Source: a virus. Taken from it: a DNA stretch of 64,000 nt. Shown here in pieces: positions 33,208 through 41,766 of the stretch (position 1 is its first letter; each line of letters begins with the position of its first letter). The stretch spans positions 32,001 through 96,000 of IMG/VR virus record IMGVR_UViG_3300045988_105285; one strand, given 5' to 3'. The position numbers were made by a program, and so were the translations under genes. The notes under the pieces were generated by a model. It made no database searches. It saw nothing but the letters and a program-made list of their open reading frames with translations, and had not been told where the DNA came from.

Positions 33208-33494
33208 CGCAGTAACTCCCTAGTAAATTCGTTACGCATCGGCTCTACGATGCTTGTGTACAAGCTCTTCTTGTCTTCCGGAATATCATCCGGTGTAATA
33301 GAGAACATCAACAAGTAAGACATCGGAATCCCCAACACCTTACAAATTGCATCAATCTTACTTTTGCGTGGAAACGTTCTTCCGGTTTCCATAAACAACA
33401 TATTCGTCTCGCTACAACCGATAGCCTTAGCCAGTTGTCGTTGGGTCAAGCCCTTGCTTACCCTAATTGTCTTAATCGCCTTTCCTAAATCCAT
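33204..33494 (-). CDS. XRE-family HTH regulator
   Basis: IKTIRVSKGLTQRQLAKAIGCSETNMLFMETGRTFPRKSKIDAICKVLGIPMSYLL. Confidence 0.75.
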   Translation of the reverse strand: MDLGKAIKTIRVSKGLTQRQLAKAIGCSETNMLFMETGRTFPRKSKIDAICKVLGIPMSYLLMFSITPDDIPEDKKSLYTSIVEPMRNEFTRELLR

Positions 33495-33502
33495 TTAACC
33501 TC

Positions 33503-33811
33503 CTATTTTAATATTTCAAATCTATTCTTAATTGCAATCATCGCATCCTTGACTCCATCCTTATATCCAACAGAATACAAGGAACAATCCTCTTCGCTCG
33601 GCTTTCCGGTTTTTGATTTCAAAAACTCTTCTATCTCACGGAAGCCATGTTCTAAGAATCTAAGGAACATCGCATTCTTCGTAATAGCTGGTCGTAGGGT
33701 ATCTTTAACCCAATCCCAGCCATCACCATAACCTAACGTGAAATTTGAATTGCCACAATATTTCACTTTCTGCTCATCAAGCCATTGTTTTAAAATTTCT
33801 TTCTTTGTCAT
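33503..33811 (-). CDS. hypothetical protein (102 aa), first gene behind promoter/leader module C
   Basis: ATG lies 9 nt after leader motif copy 10. Confidence 0.6.
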   Translation of the reverse strand: MTKKEILKQWLDEQKVKYCGNSNFTLGYGDGWDWVKDTLRPAITKNAMFLRFLEHGFREIEEFLKSKTGKPSEEDCSLYSVGYKDGVKDAMIAIKNRFEILK

Positions 33812-33817
33812 TATTCC

Positions 33818-33842
33818 CAGTTTTTAAGGTGTGTCTCACCTT
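33818..33842 (-). promoter_or_regulatory. conserved leader motif copy 10
   Basis: Minus-strand RNA reads AAGGTGAGACACACCTT-AAAAACTG (6-bp stem). Confidence 0.6.
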
Positions 33843-33871
33843 TTAAATTAGTAACATTTGTTTCTTAATCA

Positions 33872-33930
33872 CGATGCAAAGATACAAAGAATTATCGAAA
33901 TGTGCAAATAATTTAATGTGTTTATTATCT
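33872..33930 (-). promoter_or_regulatory. Bacteroidota-type promoter module C (-7 box at 33877..33884)
   Basis: By eye about 80% identical to modules A and B. Confidence 0.6.
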
Positions 33931-34030
33931 ATATTAATATATTTTAATCTCAATATATAGAATCTACTATTTGTTTTGCAGTTTTTTACATTTCGCTCTC
34001 TTTCAAATACCCATGTTGTCTATTACCTTT

Positions 34031-34047
34031 AACGTGTGCCTCACGCT
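34031..34047 (-). promoter_or_regulatory. leader-type hairpin copy 11 (no AACTG immediately after)
   Basis: Minus-strand RNA reads AGCGTGAGGCACACGTT. The TGA within it is the stop of ORF 34041..34202. Confidence 0.4.
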
Positions 34048-34202
34048 TTGTAATTTTTGCATCTTGCAGCGATTTCTGTCAGTCGCTTCCCCTTTACTTC
34101 CACTGTGCTACCCTTCTTGCATTTCAAAACATTTCCTGTGCTAGTATTTAGTATTCCCAAGAAATGGATACAACAAAAACAACTTCTAAAATTCTTATCC
34201 AT
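34041..34202 (-). CDS. small Cys-rich protein (53 aa)
   Basis: The likely start is MDKNFRSCFCCIHFLG. Confidence 0.4.
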   Translation of the reverse strand: MDKNFRSCFCCIHFLGILNTSTGNVLKCKKGSTVEVKGKRLTEIAARCKNYKA

Positions 34203-34473
34203 TTGACATTTCCTTTTTAAGTTTCTTTCTTTGAGCCAAGAACATAACAATCTCCTCGAAATCTTCGCAATTCAAGAGTATTTGACCAGCCTGCCATTCC
34301 GCAGCTTTCTGCTTTGCATCCTCCATGCCCTTTGCAAAGAATGTGATTTGCTTGCCTTGGCTTCGATTCTCTGCCGTTACTTCAAGTGTTCCGAATTCAA
34401 GTTCTGTAGTATTCATACAGAGACCTTCATCAAAGAGCCTCTGTAGATAATTAAAAAGGTTACAATTTTCCAT
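34195..34473 (-). CDS. hypothetical protein (92 aa)
   Basis: ORF track entry in operon context. Confidence 0.5.
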   Translation of the reverse strand: MENCNLFNYLQRLFDEGLCMNTTELEFGTLEVTAENRSQGKQITFFAKGMEDAKQKAAEWQAGQILLNCEDFEEIVMFLAQRKKLKKEMSNG

Positions 34474-34858
34474 TTTTCAATCTTTCATTTTCCTCCTTCA
34501 ATAAATCATCAATCTCCTTGCGCTTTGCCCGCATGTCTTCAAACCATTTGCTCGGTGTTCTTGGACATCCTATGAGCCAATGATCGAAGTTTGGAATAGG
34601 CAAATTGAACTCACTTGCTTCAATAGTATAATCGTACCACTTCAACAACTCTTCTTCGGGAGCTTCCTTGTCAATATCAGTTACAATAGTAGCCATATCG
34701 AAAGTTAAATCACCGCAATTGGCTATTCCACCTGTATCAATCCAATATGTCTCCGGATTATCCAATCCGTAAAACTCATGCTTCTCACAAAATGCCTCCA
34801 AGTAAGCATTGCAAGCATTCTCGTAATCTTTCTTTAATTTTTCCTTATCCATAATCAT
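34460..34858 (-). CDS. hypothetical protein (132 aa)
   Basis: ORF track entry in operon context. Confidence 0.55.
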   Translation of the reverse strand: MIMDKEKLKKDYENACNAYLEAFCEKHEFYGLDNPETYWIDTGGIANCGDLTFDMATIVTDIDKEAPEEELLKWYDYTIEASEFNLPIPNFDHWLIGCPRTPSKWFEDMRAKRKEIDDLLKEENERLKNGKL

Positions 34859-35148
34859 AAACCCTTAAAAAGTTTCTTAACCTCTCTCTTCTCCTCCTTT
34901 GGATGGGAGCACATCACAACTTGCGCTCTTTGATTGTGTCTTACCTGCCATTCGCAAGTGTTGCAACCCAAATCACCGACCTTATTAACGGCATTGGTAT
35001 ATCTTCCTTTCTCACCATAGGGACAATCGGTAACGAAATCCTTTCTTCCCCAGATATACTCATCTATTCTATATGAGATTGCGTTTACTTTCTCCTTTTT
35101 CTCTTTATTATTCAAAAACATCATTTCGTCAATATTTAAAATAGACAC
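34855..35148 (-). CDS. small Cys-containing protein (97 aa), overlaps the C5-methyltransferase stop
   Basis: DCPYGEKG...GCNTCEW...MCSHP is a possible zinc-binding pattern. Confidence 0.5.
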   Translation of the reverse strand: MSILNIDEMMFLNNKEKKEKVNAISYRIDEYIWGRKDFVTDCPYGEKGRYTNAVNKVGDLGCNTCEWQVRHNQRAQVVMCSHPKEEKREVKKLFKGL

Positions 35149-36185
35149 AACTGACCATCATCAGCGACCTTAACATTATTCTCAGGAAACCAAAGTTCCT
35201 CAAATATTATCTCCATGCATGCTACAACTATAGAGTTTCCAGCAGCTTTTTGAAGACTTGACTTCGACACTCCACTTTCAAGCATCCGACCTATGTATTC
35301 TTCGTCAACGTTCATCAAACGGAAGAGTTCTCTCGGAGTCAAACGCCTAATACGCAACCTTGTCTTTCCAAGCACAACCAAGGAGTCCTTGCTCGCAGAT
35401 GTAATGGTATTAGCTATATTCTTTCCAAGCTCAACCTTTGGACTATGCTTTTCGCCTTTTATCCACTTCCCTTCAGAACGAGTCCTTATAGCTGCACCCA
35501 TAGGCTCTTTCCATTCATTTGGTACAAATTTCTCTTTACATAGCAGAGTATCGCTCAAAAAGTACTTTTCGTCCACATTTTCCTCCAAGACATCAACCAA
35601 ATGTTTCTTCAGCTTTGTCTTTCTCGGGAAATGATAATCTATCTTATCACCATCATTTCGTATAGAGAGCATGAAGACACGTTTTCTGTTCTGAGGAACA
35701 CCGCAGTCGGCAGCATTTACCACCTTTGCATAATTGGCATATCCGTAGGATTCCAGCTCCTTGCGCCACTTGTTGAAGAACCCGATGAACTTTGTTTGAA
35801 CCAAAGCCTCTACATTCTCCATTAAGAGGTATTTCGGTCTCTTGGTAATAATGGCGTTTCTTGTGAACCAAAGGATAGAGGAACGTGTATTGCTTCCCTC
35901 CTCTATTCCTTCCTGCATTCCGGCTTGCGAAACAGACTGACAAGGTGTTGAATATGTCAGCAAGTCAAAATCAGCAACCTTGCTCCAATCTATCTTGGTC
36001 ATATCACCAAAGTTCTTGCCGGACAGACTAGGAAAACAAGCGTTATGCAAGGTTATTGCACTTGGCTCTATCTCCGACCAGCCGATGCACTCGTAATCAA
36101 AATCAGAATGTTTCTTCTTCAGTCGTTCCAAAGCCATCAGTTGAGAATCATATCCGGCACATAATTCAAATGTTCGTATCTTCAT
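35136..36185 (-). CDS. DNA (cytosine-5)-methyltransferase
   Basis: Motifs FELCAGYDS (I), TYSTPCQSVSQAG (IV, PCQ), LLMENV (VI), VPQNRKRVF (VIII), RRLTPRELFRLM (IX) and AAGNSIVV (X). Confidence 0.9.
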   Translation of the reverse strand: MKIRTFELCAGYDSQLMALERLKKKHSDFDYECIGWSEIEPSAITLHNACFPSLSGKNFGDMTKIDWSKVADFDLLTYSTPCQSVSQAGMQEGIEEGSNTRSSILWFTRNAIITKRPKYLLMENVEALVQTKFIGFFNKWRKELESYGYANYAKVVNAADCGVPQNRKRVFMLSIRNDGDKIDYHFPRKTKLKKHLVDVLEENVDEKYFLSDTLLCKEKFVPNEWKEPMGAAIRTRSEGKWIKGEKHSPKVELGKNIANTITSASKDSLVVLGKTRLRIRRLTPRELFRLMNVDEEYIGRMLESGVSKSSLQKAAGNSIVVACMEIIFEELWFPENNVKVADDGQLCLF

Positions 36186-36535
36186 TAAATATCATGGGTT
36201 TTACAAAAATCCTCTACAAAGCTATCACCCCAATCATCCTCATGCCAAATCTTTGCTACTTCAAGTTGCCCCATTTCCTTTATAGCCAACAGAACTTGTT
36301 TTATATCGTCTTCGTACTTAGGTAATGATTTCTCCATAATCGGGAACAAATCCTTTGCCTCTTCAAAAGTCAACAGAACATCAAATGCCCCACCTTCACT
36401 TGGCTTTACTTCAAATAACTTTTCAGAAGGATTCTTTGCAGTTTTCAACCACTTCAAAAATTCCTTTCTACTACGATACTCACAATATAAATTGCTAAAC
36501 TTTACGTATAGCTTATCAAAACCTAACTCTTTCAT
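36185..36535 (-). CDS. hypothetical protein (116 aa)
   Basis: 1-nt overlap with the methyltransferase start. Confidence 0.55.
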   Translation of the reverse strand: MKELGFDKLYVKFSNLYCEYRSRKEFLKWLKTAKNPSEKLFEVKPSEGGAFDVLLTFEEAKDLFPIMEKSLPKYEDDIKQVLLAIKEMGQLEVAKIWHEDDWGDSFVEDFCKTHDI

Positions 36536-36553
36536 AATAAATCAAATTTATCT

Positions 36554-37744
36554 TTAATTATCTGTTTCAAACACCGTTTGCTTGCCTCGTCTTAACACAC
36601 GATACTTCTCAGGAGCCATTGGTAAGCCATTCTCTTTTAAAGCTTTCTCGTAAGCTCCAAAAGCTAAACAATCGGCTTGTTCGTTCAAATCATCACCATT
36701 ATGTCCCTTTACCCAAGTCAAAATAACAAGCTTGTCCTTTGCACACTTACGATACAACTTGATTAAGTCTGGGTTCTTTATATCTGCACCTATCTCCCAA
36801 TCTGTATAGCGGAACATTTTCAATGCGTACTTAGAATCACTTCGAACCTCTATGACAGAACCTTTCGGGCAATAATTAACAGCTGATATTATAGCCAACA
36901 TTTCCATACGATTTGAGGTCGTATGCAAGCAATGATGTGTCTTAACCTTTTCCAACTCCCCTGTAGCCGTGTTCACAACGATATAAGCCGAACCGCCAGC
37001 CTTATGAGTGGAATAATTATCACAACTACCATCGGTATAGCAAATATAGTTTGGAAGAAGCCTTTTTCTTTCCACTACAGTTTCTTCTTTCTTAGGTTGA
37101 ACCTTTCCATACTTTGCATTCTTGCCTGTTCGCAAAACGGAGTTGTAAGCACCTGCCAATGTTCGCCAATCATCACAATAGTTTCCATCTTTCTGTCTCC
37201 ATCCGTTTTTCCATAACAAGTCCCACAAATCTTCGATAAAGCCCTTTTCTATCCAATTTTTCTTTATACAGAAACCCGAAAAGACTCGGGAAGATGGTAT
37301 CTTCGCATACAAATCCTTTGCCATTTCGTCAATAGCATAATCTTTTTTGTTTGCGGTACACCAATTGGGAATAACAATTATCACCTCCCTCTTGCCAAGC
37401 AGACGTTTGAATCTAGATATATTGCCAAAGTAGCGATTAGACTCTTCCGCAAAGTCAGCATTCTTCACTAAATTCGCAAAAGTTTTGTTTGAAACACGAA
37501 TCGTAAACAAGTCTATATCCTTACAAGTTTCCAATATTCTATTAACCAAGTCAAACATAGCCTCTATTTTGTCGGCTTGTTGCTCGTTGACCAGGAAGTT
37601 GTCACGAATGAATTTGTCACCATCATACAATCGACTACAAGCCAACACTCGATTTGCACCTTTCACACGATATGAACTCAGATAAACATCATAAGCTCTA
37701 ACTTGATGTTCTGATTCCAAGTACTTTTCTTCTATCTTCTTCAT
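36554..37744 (-). CDS. two-domain protein: N-terminal degenerate RNase H-like region + C-terminal RNase HI domain
   Basis: The C-terminus has CYTDGSCDN, SNRMEMLAIISAV, VRSDSKY and WVKGHNGDDLNEQADCLA. The N-terminal half has the same spacing but lacks the first Asp. Confidence 0.7.
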   Translation of the reverse strand: MKKIEEKYLESEHQVRAYDVYLSSYRVKGANRVLACSRLYDGDKFIRDNFLVNEQQADKIEAMFDLVNRILETCKDIDLFTIRVSNKTFANLVKNADFAEESNRYFGNISRFKRLLGKREVIIVIPNWCTANKKDYAIDEMAKDLYAKIPSSRVFSGFCIKKNWIEKGFIEDLWDLLWKNGWRQKDGNYCDDWRTLAGAYNSVLRTGKNAKYGKVQPKKEETVVERKRLLPNYICYTDGSCDNYSTHKAGGSAYIVVNTATGELEKVKTHHCLHTTSNRMEMLAIISAVNYCPKGSVIEVRSDSKYALKMFRYTDWEIGADIKNPDLIKLYRKCAKDKLVILTWVKGHNGDDLNEQADCLAFGAYEKALKENGLPMAPEKYRVLRRGKQTVFETDN

Positions 37745-37856
37745 AATCTCGTATATATAATAATAACACGTAATATATCAAGGAACACGTTAGTCTCTTA
37801 AAGACTCCTATACTTATTCCAACTAACTACTAATATGAAAATGTCCAAAATAGAAC

Positions 37857-38687
37857 TTACCCACCATAGAAGTCATCAGGTAGATTTCCTATTGTGCCAT
37901 TTTCCTTTATTTGCATTCGATGTCCCTTCAATTTATAACCATAGATTCTGTGCTTGATAGCAACAGAAGTCTCTCGGTCTCCAAAAGAGTAAGAGCAAGG
38001 TATGATTAAATAGTGCAGGTTACCTACGTTAAACGTAAAGTTCCTACGACCAAACCTTTGCAATGTTCGTTCCATCTCTCCATCGTTTCTATCATCTGCC
38101 ATGTGCATTTCCGCATACGTGGACTTAATCTTACCTTCGCTGATAAGATTCTTCTTGATTCGGCATATAGAGCCATGACCCATATTCACAACCTTTGCAA
38201 ACGAGTTAGTAGTTAGTTGATGCCAAGCACAATCATTGTTGCCAACGTTAAAACAGTCTTGACGAGCACCACTAATAACCGATGTGTACAAAATATTGTT
38301 GACTATAGAATATAACTCCTTTAGCTTATAGTCCTTATTAATAGGAATACGACAAACGTAAGCTCCTTGGAAGCGACCTCCATTTTTATTGGGCTTCTTT
38401 TCTTTGTCACGGAACGTATTCACGATAAATCGCCCGTTACCAAGTTCTGTAAAGAGTCCATCCTCCTTGACATCCTTTAGCAATTTTCTTGCCTTTGGAT
38501 AGCCCACACCGAGTTTTTTCTTTACATCCTTGATGGTTAAGTTAAATATTACAGAATTTCTGCGTTGCATCTTACACCAAATAGCAAAGCAAAGCGTCTC
38601 CTTGTGTGCCTTCACTTCTTGTGATGACGCACCATAGGTGTACTTCTTTACCAAGTCCATACGTATATGTAAATAATGCTTTCCCAT
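37857..38687 (-). CDS. DNA-binding protein, possible replication initiator (function tentative)
   Basis: Two winged-helix-like segments (VKKKLGVGYPKARKLLKDVKEDGLF and FAKVVNMGHGSICRIKKNLISEGKI). A long repeat-bearing leader lies upstream. Confidence 0.4.
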   Translation of the reverse strand: MGKHYLHIRMDLVKKYTYGASSQEVKAHKETLCFAIWCKMQRRNSVIFNLTIKDVKKKLGVGYPKARKLLKDVKEDGLFTELGNGRFIVNTFRDKEKKPNKNGGRFQGAYVCRIPINKDYKLKELYSIVNNILYTSVISGARQDCFNVGNNDCAWHQLTTNSFAKVVNMGHGSICRIKKNLISEGKIKSTYAEMHMADDRNDGEMERTLQRFGRRNFTFNVGNLHYLIIPCSYSFGDRETSVAIKHRIYGYKLKGHRMQIKENGTIGNLPDDFYGG

Positions 38688-38763
38688 AAATTCCTTATTT
38701 GTTTAACTTATCTGTGTTACGCCTACTCCAACAGTTATAGCCCATTGCTAACCTAGAGCTATC

Positions 38764-38847
38764 TAAGGATGTTTCGACTCATAATAAGGATTCTAAAAAG
38801 GAATCCTTACCCTTCATTCGTCTGACCCCCGAAATCTAGGTAAGGAT
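38764..38847. repeat. TAAGGAT repeats (3 direct, 1 inverted) in the leader of 37857..38687
   Basis: Copies at 38764-70, 38785-91 and 38841-47, inverted at 38803-09. 38785..38809 forms a perfect hairpin. Confidence 0.5.
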
Positions 38848-38922
38848 TATCGTAGTATGGCTTTCGCCACTGGAAATCTTGTCGATTCTTGTAAGTGGGG
38901 TCAACACCAACAAAGCACGTTG

Positions 38923-38930
38923 CAAAGTTA
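38923..38930 (-). promoter_or_regulatory. -7 box (TAACTTTG)
   Basis: Plus strand reads caaagtta. Confidence 0.45.
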
Positions 38931-39088
38931 CTAATTAATTTTCAAACTGCAAGGGTTTTAGTGTGCATAATTATATGTATTATGCTTTCTTAACACAGAA
39001 TGCCGTATTTAATTACATATATGAAACTATAAATATATTAAACCGCTTGCATTTATGACATTTCACACACTAAGTTGTTCTCAAGACT

Positions 39089-39121
39089 AAAAAGAGCAGC
39101 CACCATCACTGGCAGCTGCTC
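39089..39121 (-). terminator. intrinsic terminator after ORF 39174..39767
   Basis: Minus RNA GAGCAGCTGCC-loop-GGTGGCTGCTC followed by TTTTT. Confidence 0.65.
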
Positions 39122-39173
39122 CATAAGTTGTTACCTAAAAACCAATCTTAAACCTTAATAACTAAAAATCAAC

Positions 39174-39767
39174 CTAATGAAAAAACTTTTTCTTGTATTT
39201 TACCGTGAGAAAGAAAATCATTGCTACCAGCGTCAAGGAAACGACCCAAAAGGAAATCATTCCGAATTTCCAATAGAATAAGTCCCATCCCGCCAAGTCT
39301 TTCTCGATATATTCCTTTTTGGTCTGGACAATACTCAACTCTCTGTTGAGACTATCCCTCTGAGCCTTGTATATACTTGCTCGCTCTGCTATCTCCTTAT
39401 AATGAATAAGGCTATCACGAACCTTGGATAGTTCCTTGCTATCCCTGTATCTAATCTCTATGTGAATAGAATCCTTACCTAGCACTTTACCACTCTCATC
39501 TACCCTTGTCTTGACATCATCCTTTATGTATGTGGAATCCTTAACCTGCTTTTCGGTCTGCTCCCAATGGTAAGCGAGTAAGCTATCCTGAATGAGCCTG
39601 ACCCTTTCATTGACGATAGAGTCCCAGTGAGCATAAGTAGTAGTGTCTCGCACCACCTTTTCCACTTCTACATATCTCGTTGTCCGGCATCCGTACATCA
39701 TCAGCATGATGAAGAAACCTACCAATATGGTAACGAGCCAACGCCACCAATCAAATCTTAATTGCAT
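39174..39767 (-). CDS. bitopic membrane protein with a central coiled-coil (197 aa)
   Basis: N-terminal TM segment (WLVTILVGFFIMLMMYGC) and C-terminal TM segment (MISFWVVSLTLVAMIFFLTV). Confidence 0.6.
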   Translation of the reverse strand: MQLRFDWWRWLVTILVGFFIMLMMYGCRTTRYVEVEKVVRDTTTYAHWDSIVNERVRLIQDSLLAYHWEQTEKQVKDSTYIKDDVKTRVDESGKVLGKDSIHIEIRYRDSKELSKVRDSLIHYKEIAERASIYKAQRDSLNRELSIVQTKKEYIEKDLAGWDLFYWKFGMISFWVVSLTLVAMIFFLTVKYKKKFFH

Positions 39768-39787
39768 ATCAACCTCCTTTTTGAGTG

Positions 39788-39795
39788 CAAAGGTA
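39788..39795 (-). promoter_or_regulatory. -7 box (TACCTTTG)
   Basis: Plus strand reads caaaggta. Confidence 0.45.
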
Positions 39796-39971
39796 CAAAT
39801 TATATTATATATGGCATAAAAAGAGCCATTTGGGTTATTTCCAAAACCCGAATAAGTGAAAAACTAGCCATTTCCTGTTAACGAATGTAATCAAGCCTAC
39901 TATTATATCCAATAAAAGTTAATGCAAAGAAAATAGCTTGATTTTTTATTGCATATTTCAAATATTCTTTG

Positions 39972-39979
39972 TATCTTTG
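39972..39979 (+). promoter_or_regulatory. -7 box (TATCTTTG) of the plus-strand operon starting at 40060
   Basis: Plus strand reads gtatctttgca. Confidence 0.55.
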
Positions 39980-39992
39980 CATTAGAAATAGA

Positions 39993-40018
39993 AAGGTGAG
40001 ACACACCTTCAGAAACTG
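39993..40018 (+). promoter_or_regulatory. conserved leader motif copy 12 (plus strand)
   Basis: AAGGTGAGACACACCTT-CAGAAACTG. Confidence 0.6.
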
Positions 40019-40059
40019 TATTATTAACAATTAAGCCCTATCGCATCACGGCAAGCGAA

Positions 40060-40266
40060 ATGAATATGGCAACAACTAATAAAAAAAGAATGCGTGAGTT
40101 CTTCGAGTTCGGATTTGAGCAAGTTCAAGCTAAGTCCATCATTAAGGAGTGTAACTTCATTGCAGATGCTAAGGAGTTCGCAAAAGGTGGCAAGTTCGAG
40201 CGCTTCGCAGACTACACAAGAGAGCGTTTCGAGAACGAGTTTCAATGTGCCCTTTTGTTCGCATAA
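40060..40266 (+). CDS. hypothetical protein (68 aa)
   Basis: First ORF of the plus-strand operon. Confidence 0.5.
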   Translation: MNMATTNKKRMREFFEFGFEQVQAKSIIKECNFIADAKEFAKGGKFERFADYTRERFENEFQCALLFA

Positions 40267-40287
40267 TAACCATTTAAACTTACGGAT

Positions 40288-40605
40288 ATGAAAGAATTAA
40301 GCTTGACAACAGATTTGATGTTTAATCGCATTCTCGCTAAAAACAATTTTAAGTATGAGGATGAAGAAACAGCCAAAGAAGAAATAACTAAAATGCTATC
40401 TGATACAGACCTCACTGTAGTTGAGAGTAGATGCAAGGCTATAGAGATAGTCAATCCAGACAAGAGCCTGGAAGTACAAAAGTCTATTATAGCAGAAGGT
40501 TATCTATTCTTAAAAAATGAATATGCAATCTCTATGCGACTTATCCAATATAACGCCTATGATACGATGAAGTTCGCATACGTTGTAAAAAGCATAACTA
40601 TTTAG
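40288..40605 (+). CDS. hypothetical protein (105 aa)
   Basis: ORF track entry. TTACGGATATGAAAGA precedes both this ORF and the next. Confidence 0.55.
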   Translation: MKELSLTTDLMFNRILAKNNFKYEDEETAKEEITKMLSDTDLTVVESRCKAIEIVNPDKSLEVQKSIIAEGYLFLKNEYAISMRLIQYNAYDTMKFAYVVKSITI

Positions 40606-40615
40606 ATTTACGGAT

Positions 40616-40804
40616 ATGAAAGAGATTAGAACATACAATTTCTATAACAATGGAGACCAAAGCCATCTTAACATTTACTTCAAGGATGGCACGCAATGGT
40701 GTAGAACTATCTTCCAAGAAGACCTGCAAAGAGTTATCAAAGAGAAAGAAGGTTGCTTCGAAGAGATTATGAATAGATACAACAACTTGCAAAAAACTCT
40801 ATAA
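40616..40804 (+). CDS. hypothetical protein (62 aa)
   Basis: ORF track entry in operon context. Confidence 0.5.
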   Translation: MKEIRTYNFYNNGDQSHLNIYFKDGTQWCRTIFQEDLQRVIKEKEGCFEEIMNRYNNLQKTL

Positions 40805-40805
40805 T

Positions 40806-41273
40806 ATGGCAAAGAGAGAAATACCACTTTTCATCATTGACAACACTCGCAATCACAAGCGAGGAGAATGCGACTTCCTAGTTTGCACCGATAAGGACAA
40901 CGGCTTTATCGCAAAGGTTGACTATATGGAAGGAGAAATAGAAGAAGTTGGCGATGATTATCGCATAGGTTACCCAAAGCGTGGTGTGAGTTGCCGCATC
41001 CAGATACAACAAATGATAGGCAAAAACAGCCGACCAAACGAGATTAGAACCTTGCTTAAAAAGGGTATGGACTATTTCGTGAAGACGGTTCAAAAACCTA
41101 TCCACGTCAATGCACCAACCAAGGATGAGTGTGCCACGTTCCTAGAGATGCTTATCAGAATGAACAAGCAAGCTCTTGACGAGGCTGGCTCAGACTACGA
41201 TGCCCACAAAGTTGTGGAGAACACCATCAAGATGTTGCAAGCATCAGCGGATTACCTCAAAGAAGATGTATAA
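40806..41273 (+). CDS. hypothetical protein (155 aa)
   Basis: ORF track entry in operon context. Confidence 0.55.
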   Translation: MAKREIPLFIIDNTRNHKRGECDFLVCTDKDNGFIAKVDYMEGEIEEVGDDYRIGYPKRGVSCRIQIQQMIGKNSRPNEIRTLLKKGMDYFVKTVQKPIHVNAPTKDECATFLEMLIRMNKQALDEAGSDYDAHKVVENTIKMLQASADYLKEDV

Positions 41274-41368
41274 TCTTAGAGACCCACGAATGACTAAGAC
41301 GCACATTGTATGTTCCTTGGTCGCATTGATAATTTGGTATGTAATTTATAAAATATTCATAATATAAT

Positions 41369-41755
41369 ATGGAGCATCAAAACATTCTGTCCTACATAGC
41401 AAAGGACATACAAAAGACTTGTGAGAGACTTGGCATTTACGCTGAGTTCATACCCATGGACGAGAAGCACATCGTGAGTTCTGACTTCAAGATGCAGCCT
41501 GCAATCTTCAAGAGCATTCACGTTGAGGCTGACCTCCACATTTACCCTTCAGAAGTATCGGGAGAAGATGATGTGCTTGACATAGACGTTAGCTTGCATT
41601 ATCGCTACTACCATTGGGAAGGTGGCGAGAATGGTTGCAACATCGGTTGGATGAAATACCAAATACAACAAGCCCACTTCAATAAGGACAAAGTGTATAT
41701 TGATAATTTCGAGAGTCTTTGTACCATCAAGAGATGGCGAGGTGTTGAACTTTAA
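41369..41755 (+). CDS. hypothetical protein (128 aa)
   Basis: ORF track entry in operon context. Confidence 0.55.
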   Translation: MEHQNILSYIAKDIQKTCERLGIYAEFIPMDEKHIVSSDFKMQPAIFKSIHVEADLHIYPSEVSGEDDVLDIDVSLHYRYYHWEGGENGCNIGWMKYQIQQAHFNKDKVYIDNFESLCTIKRWRGVEL

Positions 41756-41766
41756 AATAAAACTAT

